A DNA stretch of 64,000 nucleotides from NCBI GenBank assembly GCA_009859145.1, contig VRVR01000025.1:7211-71210 (forward strand), written 5' to 3'. Positions 9,199 through 23,500 of this stretch are shown here, one piece after another. The translations under genes were made by a program, and so were the position numbers. The DNA is from Andalucia godoyi And28 (taxonomy: Eukaryota; Protista; Jakobida). Positions within the stretch are counted from its first letter, which is position 1. Each line of letters starts with the position of its first letter. The notes under the pieces were generated by a model. It had not been told where the DNA came from, did not search any database, and saw nothing but the letters and a program-made list of their open reading frames with translations.

Positions 9199-10191
9199 TC
9201 ACTGCGGCTCCGAATTCATGCGAGATGAGCGATCTTCCAACTTTCGACGCAGCACCGACACTTTCTCATAAAGCGACTCATACTGATGCACAAGCTTCGT
9301 GTCCTCAAGCATGATCTCGTGATCGGCGCCGGAGGCTGATTCGAGGCAGGAGACAGCATCCGCTAGCTGTCTCGCGCAGTTCGCCACGGCTAGCGGATGT
9401 TCGCACTCTCGAGCGCGGATCAAGAACGATGGCACGCCACTGCGGAGACTGTTGTGATCGCCACCGCCCAAACAAGGATGAAGTGCCGTATGGGACCACT
9501 CCGCAGCCCATGCAAGCATGTCTCCCAACTGGCCGCTGTGGACTACAAGCTCCGTTGCCTTGCGTTTGTAAAAAGACGACGACGCAGGCTTCTTTGCTTT
9601 CCCTTTCCTCTCAGCAAGAACGGAATCCGCTGGAGCACGAATTCTGCTCGTAAAATAGGAGGCTATTTGCGCGGCAGTCACGCTGACCGAGCTGGAGTCC
9701 ACTTCGGATCGCAGAAATGACGTGCCGTCATGCGACACGACAATATTTGAAATGGTGACAACCACTTGCGCATTCATGAAATCCGCCGTTCTGAGAGCAA
9801 TGGCGTCCCCTCTCTCTTGCAGCCCGTTCATAAGTATTTCTCGGTCCGCACACCCGGACAGCAACCTGTGGAACACCTCTGCCAAAAACCGATCACGAGC
9901 AACAGCGGTCTTCTCTATCGCCTCGGTAGGATTCTTGCGCACATACAGCCCAATCACGTGGAGCGCATCCTTCTTCCCGGCAGCGGACTGCACTTCTTCG
10001 AGAAAATGAAAATAAGACCCGGGAAACGAACGGAGAGATCCTAACGGATGATATGTGGACACCATCATCTCCGTTCCCGATGCCAGCAGCGTCGAAAGGC
10101 CCAGCAAAGCCCCATATTCTGACGACCCTAAGCGAGACTCGTGAGACTCGATAGCATGCAACAGCTCCGCAGACACGTGTATTCTAATCAT
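9199..10191 (-). CDS. Abraxas/ABRO1 (FAM175)-like inactive MPN-domain protein
   Basis: ATG at 10191. IHVSAELL…SEYGALLG…TYHPLGSLRSF…VIGLYVRK…RDRFL parallels the Abraxas MPN- motifs (GFLLG, YIPC-FSFY, VVGWY, RERLL). No JAMM HxH; C-terminal coiled coil. Confidence 0.5.
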   Translation of the reverse strand: MIRIHVSAELLHAIESHESRLGSSEYGALLGLSTLLASGTEMMVSTYHPLGSLRSFPGSYFHFLEEVQSAAGKKDALHVIGLYVRKNPTEAIEKTAVARDRFLAEVFHRLLSGCADREILMNGLQERGDAIALRTADFMNAQVVVTISNIVVSHDGTSFLRSEVDSSSVSVTAAQIASYFTSRIRAPADSVLAERKGKAKKPASSSFYKRKATELVVHSGQLGDMLAWAAEWSHTALHPCLGGGDHNSLRSGVPSFLIRARECEHPLAVANCARQLADAVSCLESASGADHEIMLEDTKLVHQYESLYEKVSVLRRKLEDRSSRMNSEPQ

Positions 10192-10583
10192 CCTTGCATG
10201 ACGAACGCCACACAATGCATCAATTTATTATCTGATAACACTGACACTGACACTGGCCTGGATTGAGAATGGATGTTGTCGTGGTGGTCCACCCGTTCTC
10301 CATAAAGCGAGCACAAATCCAACAGCAGCATGTTTGCCACTGTCAACGCAAAAGTTAGTAGTATGGACTACGTACGTTTTGCAAAAAAAGATCATGCAGG
10401 CCGTTGCCAGATGTCGACTCCCAACATCCAGCGCGTTCGTGTTTTCGCGGATACCGGAATCACAATGTTTTTTATTCAATTCGTTCACACGCTCCCTCTG
10501 GAGAATAGCACATCCGCTGATTCATATTTCTACCTGCTACCACCGCCACCACCATTATTATTATTATTATTATCAAGATTCCG

Positions 10584-11396
10584 ATGTGGTCAGTGCATCC
10601 TGTACAACTTCCACACTCTCCGTTTGTCAAATTTGCATTCTCTCGAGAAGACAGTCGACCGCGAAAGACCTTGAATCCCGATGAGGAGGCGTCGTTGATT
10701 CTGTGTAATGTCCCACATGGCACAACGATCGAAGACTGCAGTCGATTTTTGACCCGAGTGCGAGATTGCAAAGAGGTGATGCTGACTTCTGCTTTTGCTA
10801 CTGTTTCTTCACCAATTTCTTCGTCGTCTACTGTGAAGTCCATTGAGATGCTTTCATCGGCGAGACTGCACAACACGTTTGAGCATGTGGACCATTCAAC
10901 TGTGTCCTCGATGCGTATGCTTGTGGCCTCCTGCATCCCATCGTTCTATTTCAGCGTGTCTACGGACAAGATTTCAAGTTTGGAATCGCAGTCGGTTCCA
11001 ACCAAGGAGGCGGCGCCGCCAATCCACGGATGCGAAAGTGGACTGAAGGGTTACCTCCAGTGCTATCAGAAACTGTATGCCCCTCGGTCCCAAATCCATT
11101 CTCGCGTCGTGGCAGACATTGAGCGCTTTGACAACGAACGGCAAGCGGAATTACTCGAAAAGGAGCGGAGATCACGAGAACCAGATGCCGATGGATTTGT
11201 TGTCGTTCGGTCTGGCGCAAAGCGAACAGGCAACAAGCCGTTGCAGCACGTGAAGGATGACTTTTACCGGTTCCAGGTCCGGAAACATTCTTCGACAAAC
11301 GTCAATTCGCAGCTGACTAAACTCAGAGAGAAGTTTGACGAAGACCGACGGAAAATCGCCAGGCTCAAAGAAACAAGAAAGTTCAAACCATATTGA
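10584..11396 (+). CDS. RRP7: Ribosomal RNA-processing protein 7
   Basis: LILCNVP in the N-terminal RRM-like region; C-terminal DADGFVVV…DDFYRFQ…LREKFDEDRRKIARLKETRKFKPY is the Rrp7 signature. Confidence 0.92.
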   Translation: MWSVHPVQLPHSPFVKFAFSREDSRPRKTLNPDEEASLILCNVPHGTTIEDCSRFLTRVRDCKEVMLTSAFATVSSPISSSSTVKSIEMLSSARLHNTFEHVDHSTVSSMRMLVASCIPSFYFSVSTDKISSLESQSVPTKEAAPPIHGCESGLKGYLQCYQKLYAPRSQIHSRVVADIERFDNERQAELLEKERRSREPDADGFVVVRSGAKRTGNKPLQHVKDDFYRFQVRKHSSTNVNSQLTKLREKFDEDRRKIARLKETRKFKPY

Positions 11397-11500
11397 TCCG
11401 TAAAAAAATTCCTTGTTTCAACATCATTTCCAAACAGAATAGAGCATAAGAGAGAAACAAAGAAACAGATTGACACAGAGAATGACAACGAGTTTAGCGT

Positions 11501-14500
11501 TTATGCAGTGGATAACATCAGTGCAGTACCACGTTTCACCCAGTGATCTGCTTCTTGTTCACCTGATTTGAGATCAACGCTGATGATGTAACTCGGCCGC
11601 TCTCGAGTACCAGTTCGAACAGGATACATATAGAGTGGGCACGAATAAATCCCTTTGGTGCTCTTCTTGCGAGCTTCCACAGGCTTGAAGTGGATGACGG
11701 GCATGTCAACAAGAAGTTGCATCGGCTTCGGCTCCGCAAGGCACATCTTCTCGTGATCCCAACCGGCTCCTTCCAGGAACACTCCGGAAACGTACACACC
11801 ATCTTTGGGAGCTTGCGTAATGTCCTTTTCAGCAACTTGCACAATGGAAAATTCCCACACCAATGTGTCGATTGAAACGGCCAACTTTCTCGCTGCATTT
11901 TGCATCACAGCAGTCAAAAATCCTGTTGGGAACGTGAATCCAGTCAGCCAAAAGACCTTCGGCTGCGATCCCTCCGACCAGTCCTTGAGCTGCTGAATCC
12001 GCATCTGCAGATCTCGGGTCCAACCCGCCAGCGGCTTCAAAGAGGGATACGTCTTCAGCCATGCAGGAGGCACACGACCATCATACAAGTATGTGAAGAT
12101 CTCATCCAGCTCTGCGGTCATTACGACAAGACCCTTGATACCCTTCTTCAAATCAGACAACGACGACCGCACCTTCTTCAACATGCTGTTGTAGCGTAGG
12201 ATTTCCTGGAACAACACAATATTGAGAGCAGACGGATCCTCAGCTTTGGATTCGACAGTCATGTCGTAGTCCAAATTTTCGGGGATTCGGGATTCAAGGT
12301 CAGATGCAAGATCATAGACGACGTCCTCGCGAGATGCAGCTTTGGCGACTGGGGCGGGGTCCTTCTCGTCCTTCTTGTCCTTTTCCCCAACATCCTTCGA
12401 GCCTGAGGTTGGTGGCTGCAAAGACAGCAGGGTTGTAAGGACATTGGTGGCTTCTTGGATTTGGGACGCAATATCCGCGTTGGGATGCTGACCAAAGGCC
12501 TCTGGCTTGTCCACAACCGGCAGCTGTTGCACGGAGTCGCGGAAAGACTGCAGGGGCCCGTCCTTGGGAATGGCATACGTGGAAAGACTGGACAATCGGA
12601 AACGATCCACATTCACGGCGTCATCACAAAAGTATTGATTAATATACACCAACAACAACCGTCGATCAAAATCATCGGTCACGCGACCACCATATGAGGC
12701 TTCCGCAACCAGATACCGAAGCTGCGCCCAAGGAATTTCTTTGTACTCGTCAAGATAAAGCGACAAGATATTCTCGGAAACTGAAAAATCAGAATCATTA
12801 AAATCGTATGGTATGTTCAATCCAAGAGTGCCAAACTTGCGGCGCTCAACCAATACGGAATGGAAGAAGCAGAGTGCAAACAGCAGCTTCTTGTATCGAT
12901 CTGGACGCTTGCACCGTTCGAAATCTTCCTCCGATATGAGAGAATACAGTCGGAGCAAGTTGTTCTTCAATCCGCGAGGCGGTTCCGTCGTCATTTTGAT
13001 ACCCGATTGCAAAATAGAAATCGGGAACTTGGGATGCGGGGAAGACGACAACCACAGGCGGAACCGCGCGTGCGGCTTGCGATTCGGAAGATCCTCAATA
13101 ATCTTTTCAAGTTTTGTCATCCACGAAATCATTAAGTGGCAATTCGCCAAGAAGATCCAGTGTCCTTCTGCCGCACCACGCTCAATCAGCCTCGTTGCCG
13201 GGCCATCCTGACCCTGACCAAGGGCAAGTGTGTACAACTCAATGCCAATCTTTTTCGAAAGGTCTTGCAACTGCACTGTCGGATCGACACCGGGAGACAA
13301 TACAAAAATGAGTGGCTGAGATGGCGACGTGGTTTCCTGGGATATCTGATGCAGGTCCGCAACAGGAGGCTCAATAAACTTGTGCCCCAGGTTAGTATTC
13401 ACAAACGACGTTGCCATGAACACTACGCGATCTGGACGCAAACAACGCACGAGCACCATACGCTGCAAATCACTCAAACGACCTTCCCATTCACCAGGAA
13501 GCGGTGTTCCTTCCGGCTCCGCAGAAAGGAACCACTCGTGCCACTCCTGTGGGAGCTGTTCAAGAGATTGCGCAATCCCACGGAATGCCCACGGAAGCTG
13601 CCGGTCCACCTCGTAAATGTTGTCCCAGCCAGTCTCGGAAAGCCAATTGGGACAAGGATTCGGCGGCTGGATGTCTTTATCCAGAACCTGCCCACCTCGA
13701 AGGAAGAACGCGTACTCATCCATGTTGATTTTCTTTGCGTGCTGCATGATGCGCACACACATCTGGAAGGAGAAAAGCAGCTTGTCTTTTTCAAAGAGTC
13801 CTCTGCAAGTGGACTTGTAAACCGCGTAGGTATGGAAGTCGTTCAGTGCACGCAATCGCGCCGGAACATCCTCACTCTTCATCGAGCGGTCGATAGACTG
13901 GTGGAAAAGCTCCACGTACGCATCCAGCGCGAACTGATACATGGGATCTACAGATGCAAGATCGTTCAACACGAAGAACAAGATTGATGCGCGGGCAGCG
14001 CAAGGGCGGTACTGCTCTCGGGCAGTGTCGATTTTCTGTTCGGTCTGCTCTGCGACAACCAACTGCTGCTTGAGTTCTTCCGAAGTGGTCTTCGATGTCT
14101 GAAGGGTCATGATCAATTCCTCATTATCCAATAGTGATCCGGTCGCTTCCGACAACAATCGTAGAATCTCATCTTCGAGCTCTACCATTTTTCTCTTAGC
14201 CGCCGCCATGCTCACGACCAACTCGTCCTTTTGTTCTTCCAAATCTGGGCGCTCCTTTCGCACAACGATTCCAAGAAGCTGGTCCTCCAAACCCTGTTCT
14301 TTCACTGCAAAGTTGATAATCGCTGCTTTCGTGGAAATCTCGGGCGCATAACGGGGATTGGCAAGCTTCGTCGTCAGATAGAGTCTGAAATCGGGATTGA
14401 ACTCCACGTCCTTATCGCCCAGGCGAATCGTCATTCTGTTTCCTTGCTTGACGATCGCTCGTGACAATAACGGTTCCAATGACGGATCAAGCTCCTCTTC

Positions 14501-17500
14501 AACGTCTTGCATCAACACGGGAATACCGTACGGGATGGCATTCTCCAGCACGCGGAGGAAATCTCCCGACTTGGGATCCGTCACGCGGAGCTTCCTTCCG
14601 CGCTCCATGTTCTTGATCCACTTATTGGCCTGGTTCTGGGGATCAATCATCAAGGGCCAACGCTTTCCTCTGGTCACAAGAACTCCGTTCTCCGTTGAAA
14701 AATCGTCAGTCGGCAAACCTTGGATGTTCCAGTCTCGAACATCGGTGGGACGGGCAAGGAACTTCGAAAACGAAAATCCTGGCGAACATGGAATGTTGAG
14801 TTGGCGAACCATCGGAACCCACGTCTGGCGCACCAATCGCTCGCGAAATTCGGACGTGAAGGGGCCACCGTATGACAGAAATGCGGCAGCCAGCAGAACA
14901 TCACCAACCAGATTATGCAGATCAGCTTCGTAATCCTTGATGGACAGTTCCCATCGAGCACGCTCGCCAGACAAACCGTTCACAAGTTTCTCGGCCCTGT
15001 CCAACTTGAGTTCCAGCTCCTCCGCTTCCTTCCTCAGTGTTTCCTTCTCCTTGATCGACTTGTCATACTGGTCTTTCAAAGACTGAACCTTGGCCATAAT
15101 CTCCGCCAACCGCGCTCGTGAATCGGACAGCTGCTTCTCTTTACGCGCAAGTTCGTCCATGGCACTCTGAACTCTCGCTCTCTTGGGACCCACAACCTTG
15201 GAAACGCGGCCGAAATTCTCGATTGCATGCACCCAGAGGCACATTCCGGAGGCAGCCCGAGAAACCTTTCCAACCAACTCGGGAGTGAAATCCTCGCGAG
15301 ACGTAAACTTCGAGATCTTGGAGAGCAGCGCGTCCGATAGGTTGGACGCATCGTAATTCATCAACATGCTCAGAAAGTTCGCGTCGCCCATAACACGCTT
15401 CGCTTCATCCCAGGTTGGCTGCTTTTTCAAGACGACCATGACAGCGGACAGTGTAGTCTGCACATCAGGGGGCGGCTTTGCATACGCTCGAACTTCTGAA
15501 ACATCAGATTTGCTCAAAGATTCCAAGGCCTTCTGCGCAGCCTCAAGAGCAGGAATCGCCTTGTCCAACTCGGCTTGCGCCTCTGCAGCCATCGACATTG
15601 CCTCGTCCTTTTCTTTGGAGATCTTGATCTCATCGGCACGGACCTCTTTTTCCTGCTCATCAACAATGCGCTTCTCCTGAACGATCACAACAAGCAGATC
15701 TTCGCATTCCTTCTGAGACTTGGCAACAATCTTCTTCTTCTCTTCGAGCTCCACTTTCATGGACGCCACTTGCTTCGCTGTGTCCTCCAATTTATCCAAG
15801 CCATTTCTAAGTTTGTTCGCAAGATCGCCAATGTACTTTCGCTTTTCAGAGAGCAAAGACTCGTAGACTTTCACAAGCTCCAGATAATTCGTGGGGGTAA
15901 CATAGTTGACACGCTTCAGTGAACTGAACATCTTGGCGGACATTTCGATGACGGACGTGTGCGCAGTAACAAAAACATGCGACACGGCCTTCTTGATTTC
16001 CGCAGAACCAAGATCCACTTCATCCAAGAATTTCTGGGCAACTTCTGCCAACGCCTCCGCCGGCCACTCTGAGAACCAATCGATGGTCGTGCAGTTCACA
16101 AGGGCGGGGAACATGCGAATACGATTACGGAACGCATCTCCAACAGGAGACATACCAATCACAATGTGCAAATGCTCTCGAACACGCTCGATGAAGAACG
16201 CATATAGATCTTCATTCGTATCTGGCACATCTGCTTTGCGGGCATCCGCACGGATTTCCTCCTTGACAGCTTGAAATTCGTCAGCGGCATAGAGATTCGG
16301 CACTTCTCCGGAAGAGAGCATGTTGTTCACGTCCTCCAGAAACCCTTCCTCGACGATCTGCGTATCGGAAAAGTAGAAAACAGTAGTTTTCTTCTTCGAG
16401 CCCGTCATGTCAAAGAGCTTCTTAAGATCCTCGCGGAAGTCGGACTTTCGATAGTTCTTCTTCACTTCCACAACAAAGAAAGCATGTCCTGCAAGATACG
16501 ACGCAAGTCTGCACAAACTCTGTCTTCCAGAGCCGCCCACACCAACCAACAGAAGATTTCCACGAGGGGATGCCAGCACACGATGAATTCGGCAGACATG
16601 TTCCATGGCATCTGTGAACATCACCAGGTTCATGGGCCGCACACCCGGCTCGGTATTGTAGTCCTCCAGGCGATCCTCCAAGAACTTCCTGAGCTGCTTG
16701 GCGGAAGTAATCTCTTCGTAAGGTGCATTTTCCATCTCGCGCATGAAATTGACAAACAAGGGAGGAAGATCTCCTTTAAACAGCGACGACAACTTCGTCG
16801 CAAACATAGCACTCAACTTTTCATTGAGCAAATCAGCAAACCACGACTTGTCTTCGGAACTGTTCAATCGGTCGTGGAAAACGCGCAGGCACTCGTGTGC
16901 CCAGAGCTTCGTCACAATCTCCTTGGAATCATGGTAATCCTTGCGGGCTCGCAACAATCCCTGAAACACCTTGGACAAATCACGCATGTTAAACAGGTAG
17001 TGAGATTTGTTGGGAGTCGGCAGCATTTTCTCAGAAATGATGTTGTACACATCAATGGTCGCCTGTGTCATAACGTCACCCAGCGGCTTGATCTCTTCTT
17101 CAAAATCAGCAAGTTTGGTGTTGATCAATGTCCCAAAGATCCTCTTGATCTGAGACTCGTTCGGGAACGTCACGTTGATTATGTTGAAACGAGACTGCAA
17201 ACGCTGTGAAATTGATGTACGACCGCCACCCGGAGGTCCCATCGCAGCAATCACCTGCATCATCTTGATGTACTTTGCCTGTTGCTTAGCTCGATCATAC
17301 CAAAATCCATAGTCCATCCAGTGACGAAGGAGTTCCAACGGAGGCTGCGACCCAAACAGATCTTTCTGCGGCATGTTGAGATCATCGATGAAAGTGACCA
17401 ATTTTCGGCCCGCCGGTGGGGCATAGACATCTTTGGTCTTCTTTTCGACGCGAGCTTCGATAATGTCCTGGAGACCCTTCGACGACGTCTGCGCACTGAA

Positions 17501-20500
17501 ATTAATCGTCAGGGTCGAGTATGTTTCGTCCAGAGATTGCAGGATTGACTGAACAATCGCTGTCTTTCCAACTCCGGTGTTGCCAACCAAAAGGACAAAC
17601 TGGCCAGCACGAACCAGAGCAGTGGAAACAAAGCTGTTTCGTACCGTATCCACAGTGGGGACCATGATTCGGTGGAATGGCGTATCCGGCTTCGGCTTCC
17701 ATTGATGGGGAACCTTCTCGTCGAAATGCTTCCACGCTCGATTTTTGTGATCAAGGAAGTACTCATACACAGTCTCCTTCGAGGGGAACTGCGGGTCGGT
17801 TTCCCGAATGAACATGTCAACCTTGCGACGCCCGTCTTCATTCACGGACGCACCCACCGTCCAAATCAAGCAGAACAAAAACGTCATGTGCACCAACTGT
17901 CCATGACCCTCCTCTCCGGGAGTCAGTCCTTGGTCCGGGGATGCCAAAGAATCGTACAACTTGCAGAGCGACTTCACGGCACTGATATCCGTGGTTCCCA
18001 CTAGCTCGGTGCATTCTTTCCGACGAAATGCCAAGGATCGTGCAACATACTTGTCAAATAATTTGCGCAAAATATCGACCGTTTCCGCTGATGCATTGTT
18101 ACCGTAGGATTTTTCCTTTTCTTCTCGTCGCTCGAGCCACGAATCCACGAACGGCTTCCATCCAAGGTCTTTGAAATCGTAGAACACCATACCGCAACGC
18201 GAAACGGTTGCAGGAGATGCGACAGCGAGATCTTGCACCTCGAATAACAACGAGACTGTTTTCGGAAGCGAGATACGCTCTCCAGAAATCAACGTCAACA
18301 TCTTGTTGTCATCCAGGACAGTATTCATGGACTCAATCCACAAAGTGTCAACAGGTCCGTCCAGCACCAACCATTTTTCATCCGACTTCTCGTCAGCACA
18401 AGCATTTCTCATTAGGCAAGACAGAACACCATCAGCCCATTCCCGGGTATTTAGATCATACTCGCCATACAACTCACCCATGGCCACGGACTTTGGATTC
18501 AAAATAAATGTCTTAACGGCTTGGTAATCCGCAACAGAGTCCTTCTTCAAACGCGTCAACGCTTTCGAGAGGATCGTCCATGAAGACGATTTTCCAGATC
18601 CAGTTTGCCCAACAACCATAACACCGTGTCGAGTGCACTTCGTCTCGTACAATTGGATGGATTTGGAAACAAGATGCTTATTCACCTGCAGCTGGGCTTC
18701 GCGCATTTCAATCTCGATCGCTTCTTGCAACTTACCGTAATCCACAGCGGGTGGATCCATTCCAGGAAACAGATCTCCGAGAATGGCATTGAACAGCGGA
18801 ACATCCTCTGCGACAAGCTTCGGAATGTTGGAATCTCGGCAAGAGCGATACAGAAGAGCCTCTTCGTCGCCCTCTGGATCCGATCGCTTCATCGATCCCG
18901 CGAAAACAAGAACGGATTTGACGGCCCGCAGCCCAAAATCGTAATGATCCTGCTTGGATAGCTGCTGGATCATCAACTGGTACAGTGTTGTCATCTTTCT
19001 CGACAGAACTTTGGCTGAATTGAAGCCTTCAGAGAATAGCATGATCTCTGCAATCAACGCTGAGTCCGGGACCATCATCGAAATTGGTCGAAGCAGCGCC
19101 TTCAAATTATCCGGTAACTCGGAACGGCCAGCGTAACCAGGATTCATGGTGACGAAAATACCACATGTTGGGTTCAGCCGAATGTCGACTCCTTCAAAAC
19201 TGAAGGATGTCTTGCCTTGCTTAATGGCATTCAGAATGGACAAAATCTGCTGGGCGACGACAGACAACACCTCGACCTCAATTCGGTTGAATTCGTCGAA
19301 ACACGACCATGCACCGGTCTGGGCAAGCCCGGAAAACATTCGACCAAGAGACTTGTAATCAAGACCGTCAGAACAATTGAAAACAATGACATACTTGGCA
19401 ATGGCCTTTCCAAGGTCTTTCACCGTTTCAGTCTTGCCCGTTCCAGCAGGTCCCTGTGGATTTCCTCCTCTTTTCAACTGAATTGCTGTGGTCAGCGTCA
19501 TGTAACACCGATCCGTCAGGGGTGTGATAACAAGACGGCCAGAATTTCCGAGATATTCGTAATCGTAGTTGATCGTGGCATTCGTTTGACGAGAAACACA
19601 ACCTTCTTCGTCTGTTTCCCAATAGAAGCGAAGCTGTTTCAGCCATTCAAAGTCCATCACACTCGAGGTATTCGTCTTGATCATCTTGTCAATGACATCG
19701 CGAGCATGCACTTCGATGGTGATCAATGCAACCAACTTCATACGATCCAACTTCGACAGCTGCCCACGAACCATCGCAGAATACTTGTTCAGCAACGAAA
19801 TCCATTTGGTTCTTACTTGCCGAAGAGATTTCTTGTCTCCACTTTCAGCAGATTGCAAAGCTTTTGTGCACTCCGTGGTCCAGAAAACTTGGCCTGCGGT
19901 GATCAGGAGCTGGCCCGGCCAATCTTTGATCCATTTTTCCTTCTTGCTGCCCTTCATGCTTTGCAGCGTGGTCTTCAGCAGCTTCTTCAGAGTCACTCGC
20001 ATCGATTTCTCCACTTCTGTCAGCCAAGATTCAACCGGAACACCGGGATCGATATTGAGAGGATGGCTGAACAACACAAATTCAGCGTCCGGGGACTGCA
20101 TACCAAGAGCCTGAAAGCCCCGTCCATCCTTGTCCTTGAGCTCAAGAGACTGAATGGCTTCAAAACATTTCTTCAAGTGCTTCTGAACCGCACGGGGATC
20201 GCGCGCCTGCCCTAAAATTTCAAGTAAATCGTCGTTGGACAGGAAATAAAATCTTGGAAATGCTTGTCGCTTAGTCTCAAGATAATTGTCAAGTTGCTTC
20301 TGGATACGCTCAAGATGCGAATTCATCTCATTCAAAAGATCGAGCAAACCCTCAACATGGGTCGCATTCTTGGCATTGGGGTCTCGACGGATGCGATCCA
20401 TCACAAATCGCCAGTTCTTGTTGACGGCATCAAACAATGCAGTTTCGTTCGGCAACTGTTTGCGGATGTCCTCGGAGCCCCCGAAAATGTTCTCCAGGTA

Positions 20501-23500
20501 CATCCACTGTCGCTGAACTTGCAGCAGCATGTCAATTCCCTCGGAAATCAAGGAGAGCGTCCGCTCCCAGTAGTTCACATGTTGTTCGAAAGCAACAACA
20601 AACCTCGATGCCTTCATGGAGCCAAGAGCGACCTGGTTGTCCTCCAGAGTCGTGAACAGGTCTTCCGAGATCTTGAGGAGGAAGTAATCCTTGCGATACG
20701 GAGAAACATCAAAGGCAAGTTCGCCCCATGTCGATTCGATTTTCTGCAATGCCTGCTCGATCGACAACTCCTTTGCTGCGGAAGTGGACAAGGAGCTAAT
20801 TGCCTCTCCAAATTGGTCAAGGCCTAACTCCATCACCTTCTCGAGAGTAAACGCTTCCGCTTTGGGATCAAATTCCTTTCCAATCTCGTCCATCAACTGC
20901 GTCCAATGACGATCGCGCATTGCAGGGTTTTTCAAATCCTGAATAAGAGGCATCGTCGCTCGAAATTGGTCCACCCGTTTCTTCAGAGACGTCCAAACAG
21001 TCCAGCCCTTGATGTCTCGGCCAAGTCGAACCAATCTCTTCACGTAGCCCTGCGCTTGAGTCTCCATCTCGTCGATCTTTAGTCCGGAAAACGCTCCCAA
21101 TTTCCAGTTATCGTACGATGTATTCCATTCTTCCACAAGATGCCAGATGTCGTGGAGCAAGTCGACCTCTTTGGAAACCTCTGCCATTTCGCGGTAGGGT
21201 GGGTTGTCGATTTCGAAAATCTTCAGACCGGATTTCAACTCAGCCTCGCGCTGCTGACGCTGGGATAATGCTGCGCGAAATTCCTCAATGATCGCATATG
21301 CATCGGGAACCGCAAACTCGGAAGAAAATGGTGCTCTCGTTGTAAACTCTTCTCGGAGCGAGACGAGACCTTTTGAAAACAAGTCCAAGTCCCGCAAGAG
21401 CTCCGATTTGAAACCCTCCTTCTTGGACTGCAGCATCTTCTTCGAATCCGCAACGGTCTTTTGAAACGACAGAAAGCCGTTCTCAAGACCACGCAACCGA
21501 TCCAGTTCATCGTCCGACACTTGAACATCAAACTTCTCAAGGACGGCGTACTGCTGGGATAGAGGTTCGAAACGACTGTGAATTCGCTCCTCTTCCTTTT
21601 GAAGAGCATCCACCAAGCTTATGGACTCGCCAAGCTGTCTCAAATCCTTTGGCATCTTCTTCACTTTCGCGGAGTTTGAAGAAAAGTATTCGTACAGCGT
21701 GTTCAATTCCTTGATGGAAATCGTGTTCAGCAATTGCGTAAACTTGTTCTCCCATTGAACACAGTGAGAAACAAGCGAATTCTTCAGCGGTCCGGATTCC
21801 ACACGGAGGAAGTCGATAACAGACGTTGTCTCTTCATTTTCAATGTCCGACTTGAGGTCTCGATACTTGTTAATTTCGTTTTCAAACGACGACAGCGGAC
21901 GATTGAGGTTTGCGAACCGACGAATGAAGTTGTCCTTGTCTGCCCAGACATTCTTGTACTTCTCCCATTTGAACAAGTATTTTGTGCAGCTGTCAGAAAT
22001 GGTCGACATTCCCGTCATGATGGCAACCATCACCTTGAGAATTTCATCATCATTGGAAATGACTTCATAGTACTTTGCTTTTGGCTCGGAGCGGATTTCC
22101 ACCGTTTTGGGCTTCGTATTCTGCGCAGGAAGTGCCTCCGCTGCCTTCACGACAGAGTTGGGGTCGACCGCTGCCGCGGCCGAGAGTTCGGTCTCAAGAG
22201 CCTCCACCATATCTTGTTGCATGCGAGGAACAATAGTGATGATCGAGATCAACTCTTTGGAAATGATATTGACCGTCTGCGTGAGTTGCGGAACAGATGG
22301 ACGCAGCTCGATAGCAGAGTTTCCGAGAACGACGTATACGAGGAACAATGGAACTACTTCGCTCTTGCTGTCTCCGTTGATTGCACGAGAAATTTCTTGC
22401 AACGATCGCTTGACAGTCGTGCGAAGTGCATCCTCCACCTTCTTGTCAATTCTTTCAAGATACGCACGCCATTGACGCTGAATTTCTTCAGGGTGTCCTT
22501 TGAAGAAAGCGTAACACTTCGCCAAATGACCTAGTACATCCTTGTGCATCACAACCAACTGATTCTTCACATGCTCCCGATGCTCCGCCTGGTGCTTTTC
22601 AAACTCCCCTTCGGCATATACTGTCTTTCGCTTGATGAGAACCAGCATAGTTTCTGCAATGCTCTTGCAAAGATCCTCGATTTTCTTGTGAGACTCCTGG
22701 AACTGCTGAACAATGGAATATACTTCTCTGCACACTTTCCGGCATTCTCGAACGAAGAATTCCACGACACCCTTGGATTGCCATGAAAGCTTCATGACAC
22801 CCGTGTTGATCCGCTTATCCACGTACTCGACATGTCTCGCGAACAACTTTCGTTCCCACGGAGACAGCAATTCGAGGATCAGGTTGTACTCCTTGACGAC
22901 AATCGAAACGTGTTCTCGCACAACACGAAGCTTGTCCTCCCTGACTGCAAGGTCCATGGCCGCATAAGGGATCTCGAAGTGGAAACCATCACCGTTGAGC
23001 TTGTCCCAGTACCGAACCTCTTGAAACATTCGCATAATGCCCGGATCAAAATTGTTCTTCAGCATCCCGCTCTCAGAGTCGTATCGCAACATCAAATTCA
23101 ACTCCAACTTCTGCGAAACATCCTCGTTGTTGATCGTCTTGAGCCAGTCCACATACAGTTTGTTAATGTATTCGCGCAGTGCGTTGCACAGACCATCATA
23201 GGCTTCGTCTGCCTCGTCTGCCTCTCGCGGCCGCGTCAGGAACCACGACTTGTCAAGTATGCGCTTGTCAACAGAAATTCGATCAATAAACGACTTCGCC
23301 CACAGAGCGGCACCAGAAAAGGACGGATGCTCCGGAAGCAGAGGTGGATTCTTCTTCCACAGATCGAATTCCCGTTTAATAGTGTTGACGTTGCTCAAAA
23401 ACAGATTGAACACGTCGGCGGTTCGCTTTTCCACAGCACGCTTCACGAACTCGCGTCGAGCAAGCAACGTAAAAGCTTCTAACAGATCAACCCCTCCAGC

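Noticed and set aside
10228-10684. Small ORFs in the Abraxas-like/RRP7 divergent gap (e.g. 10330-10674)
   Set aside because: Low-complexity peptides derived from (ATT)n and (CCA)n runs. RRP7 already has a plausible ATG at 10584.
16271-20215. Long plus-strand ORFs (312 aa and 332 aa) and many other antisense ORFs inside the dynein, CDC48 and CEP164-like genes
   Set aside because: They are shadows of the real opposite-strand CDSs, with no recognisable motifs and non-ATG or arbitrary starts.
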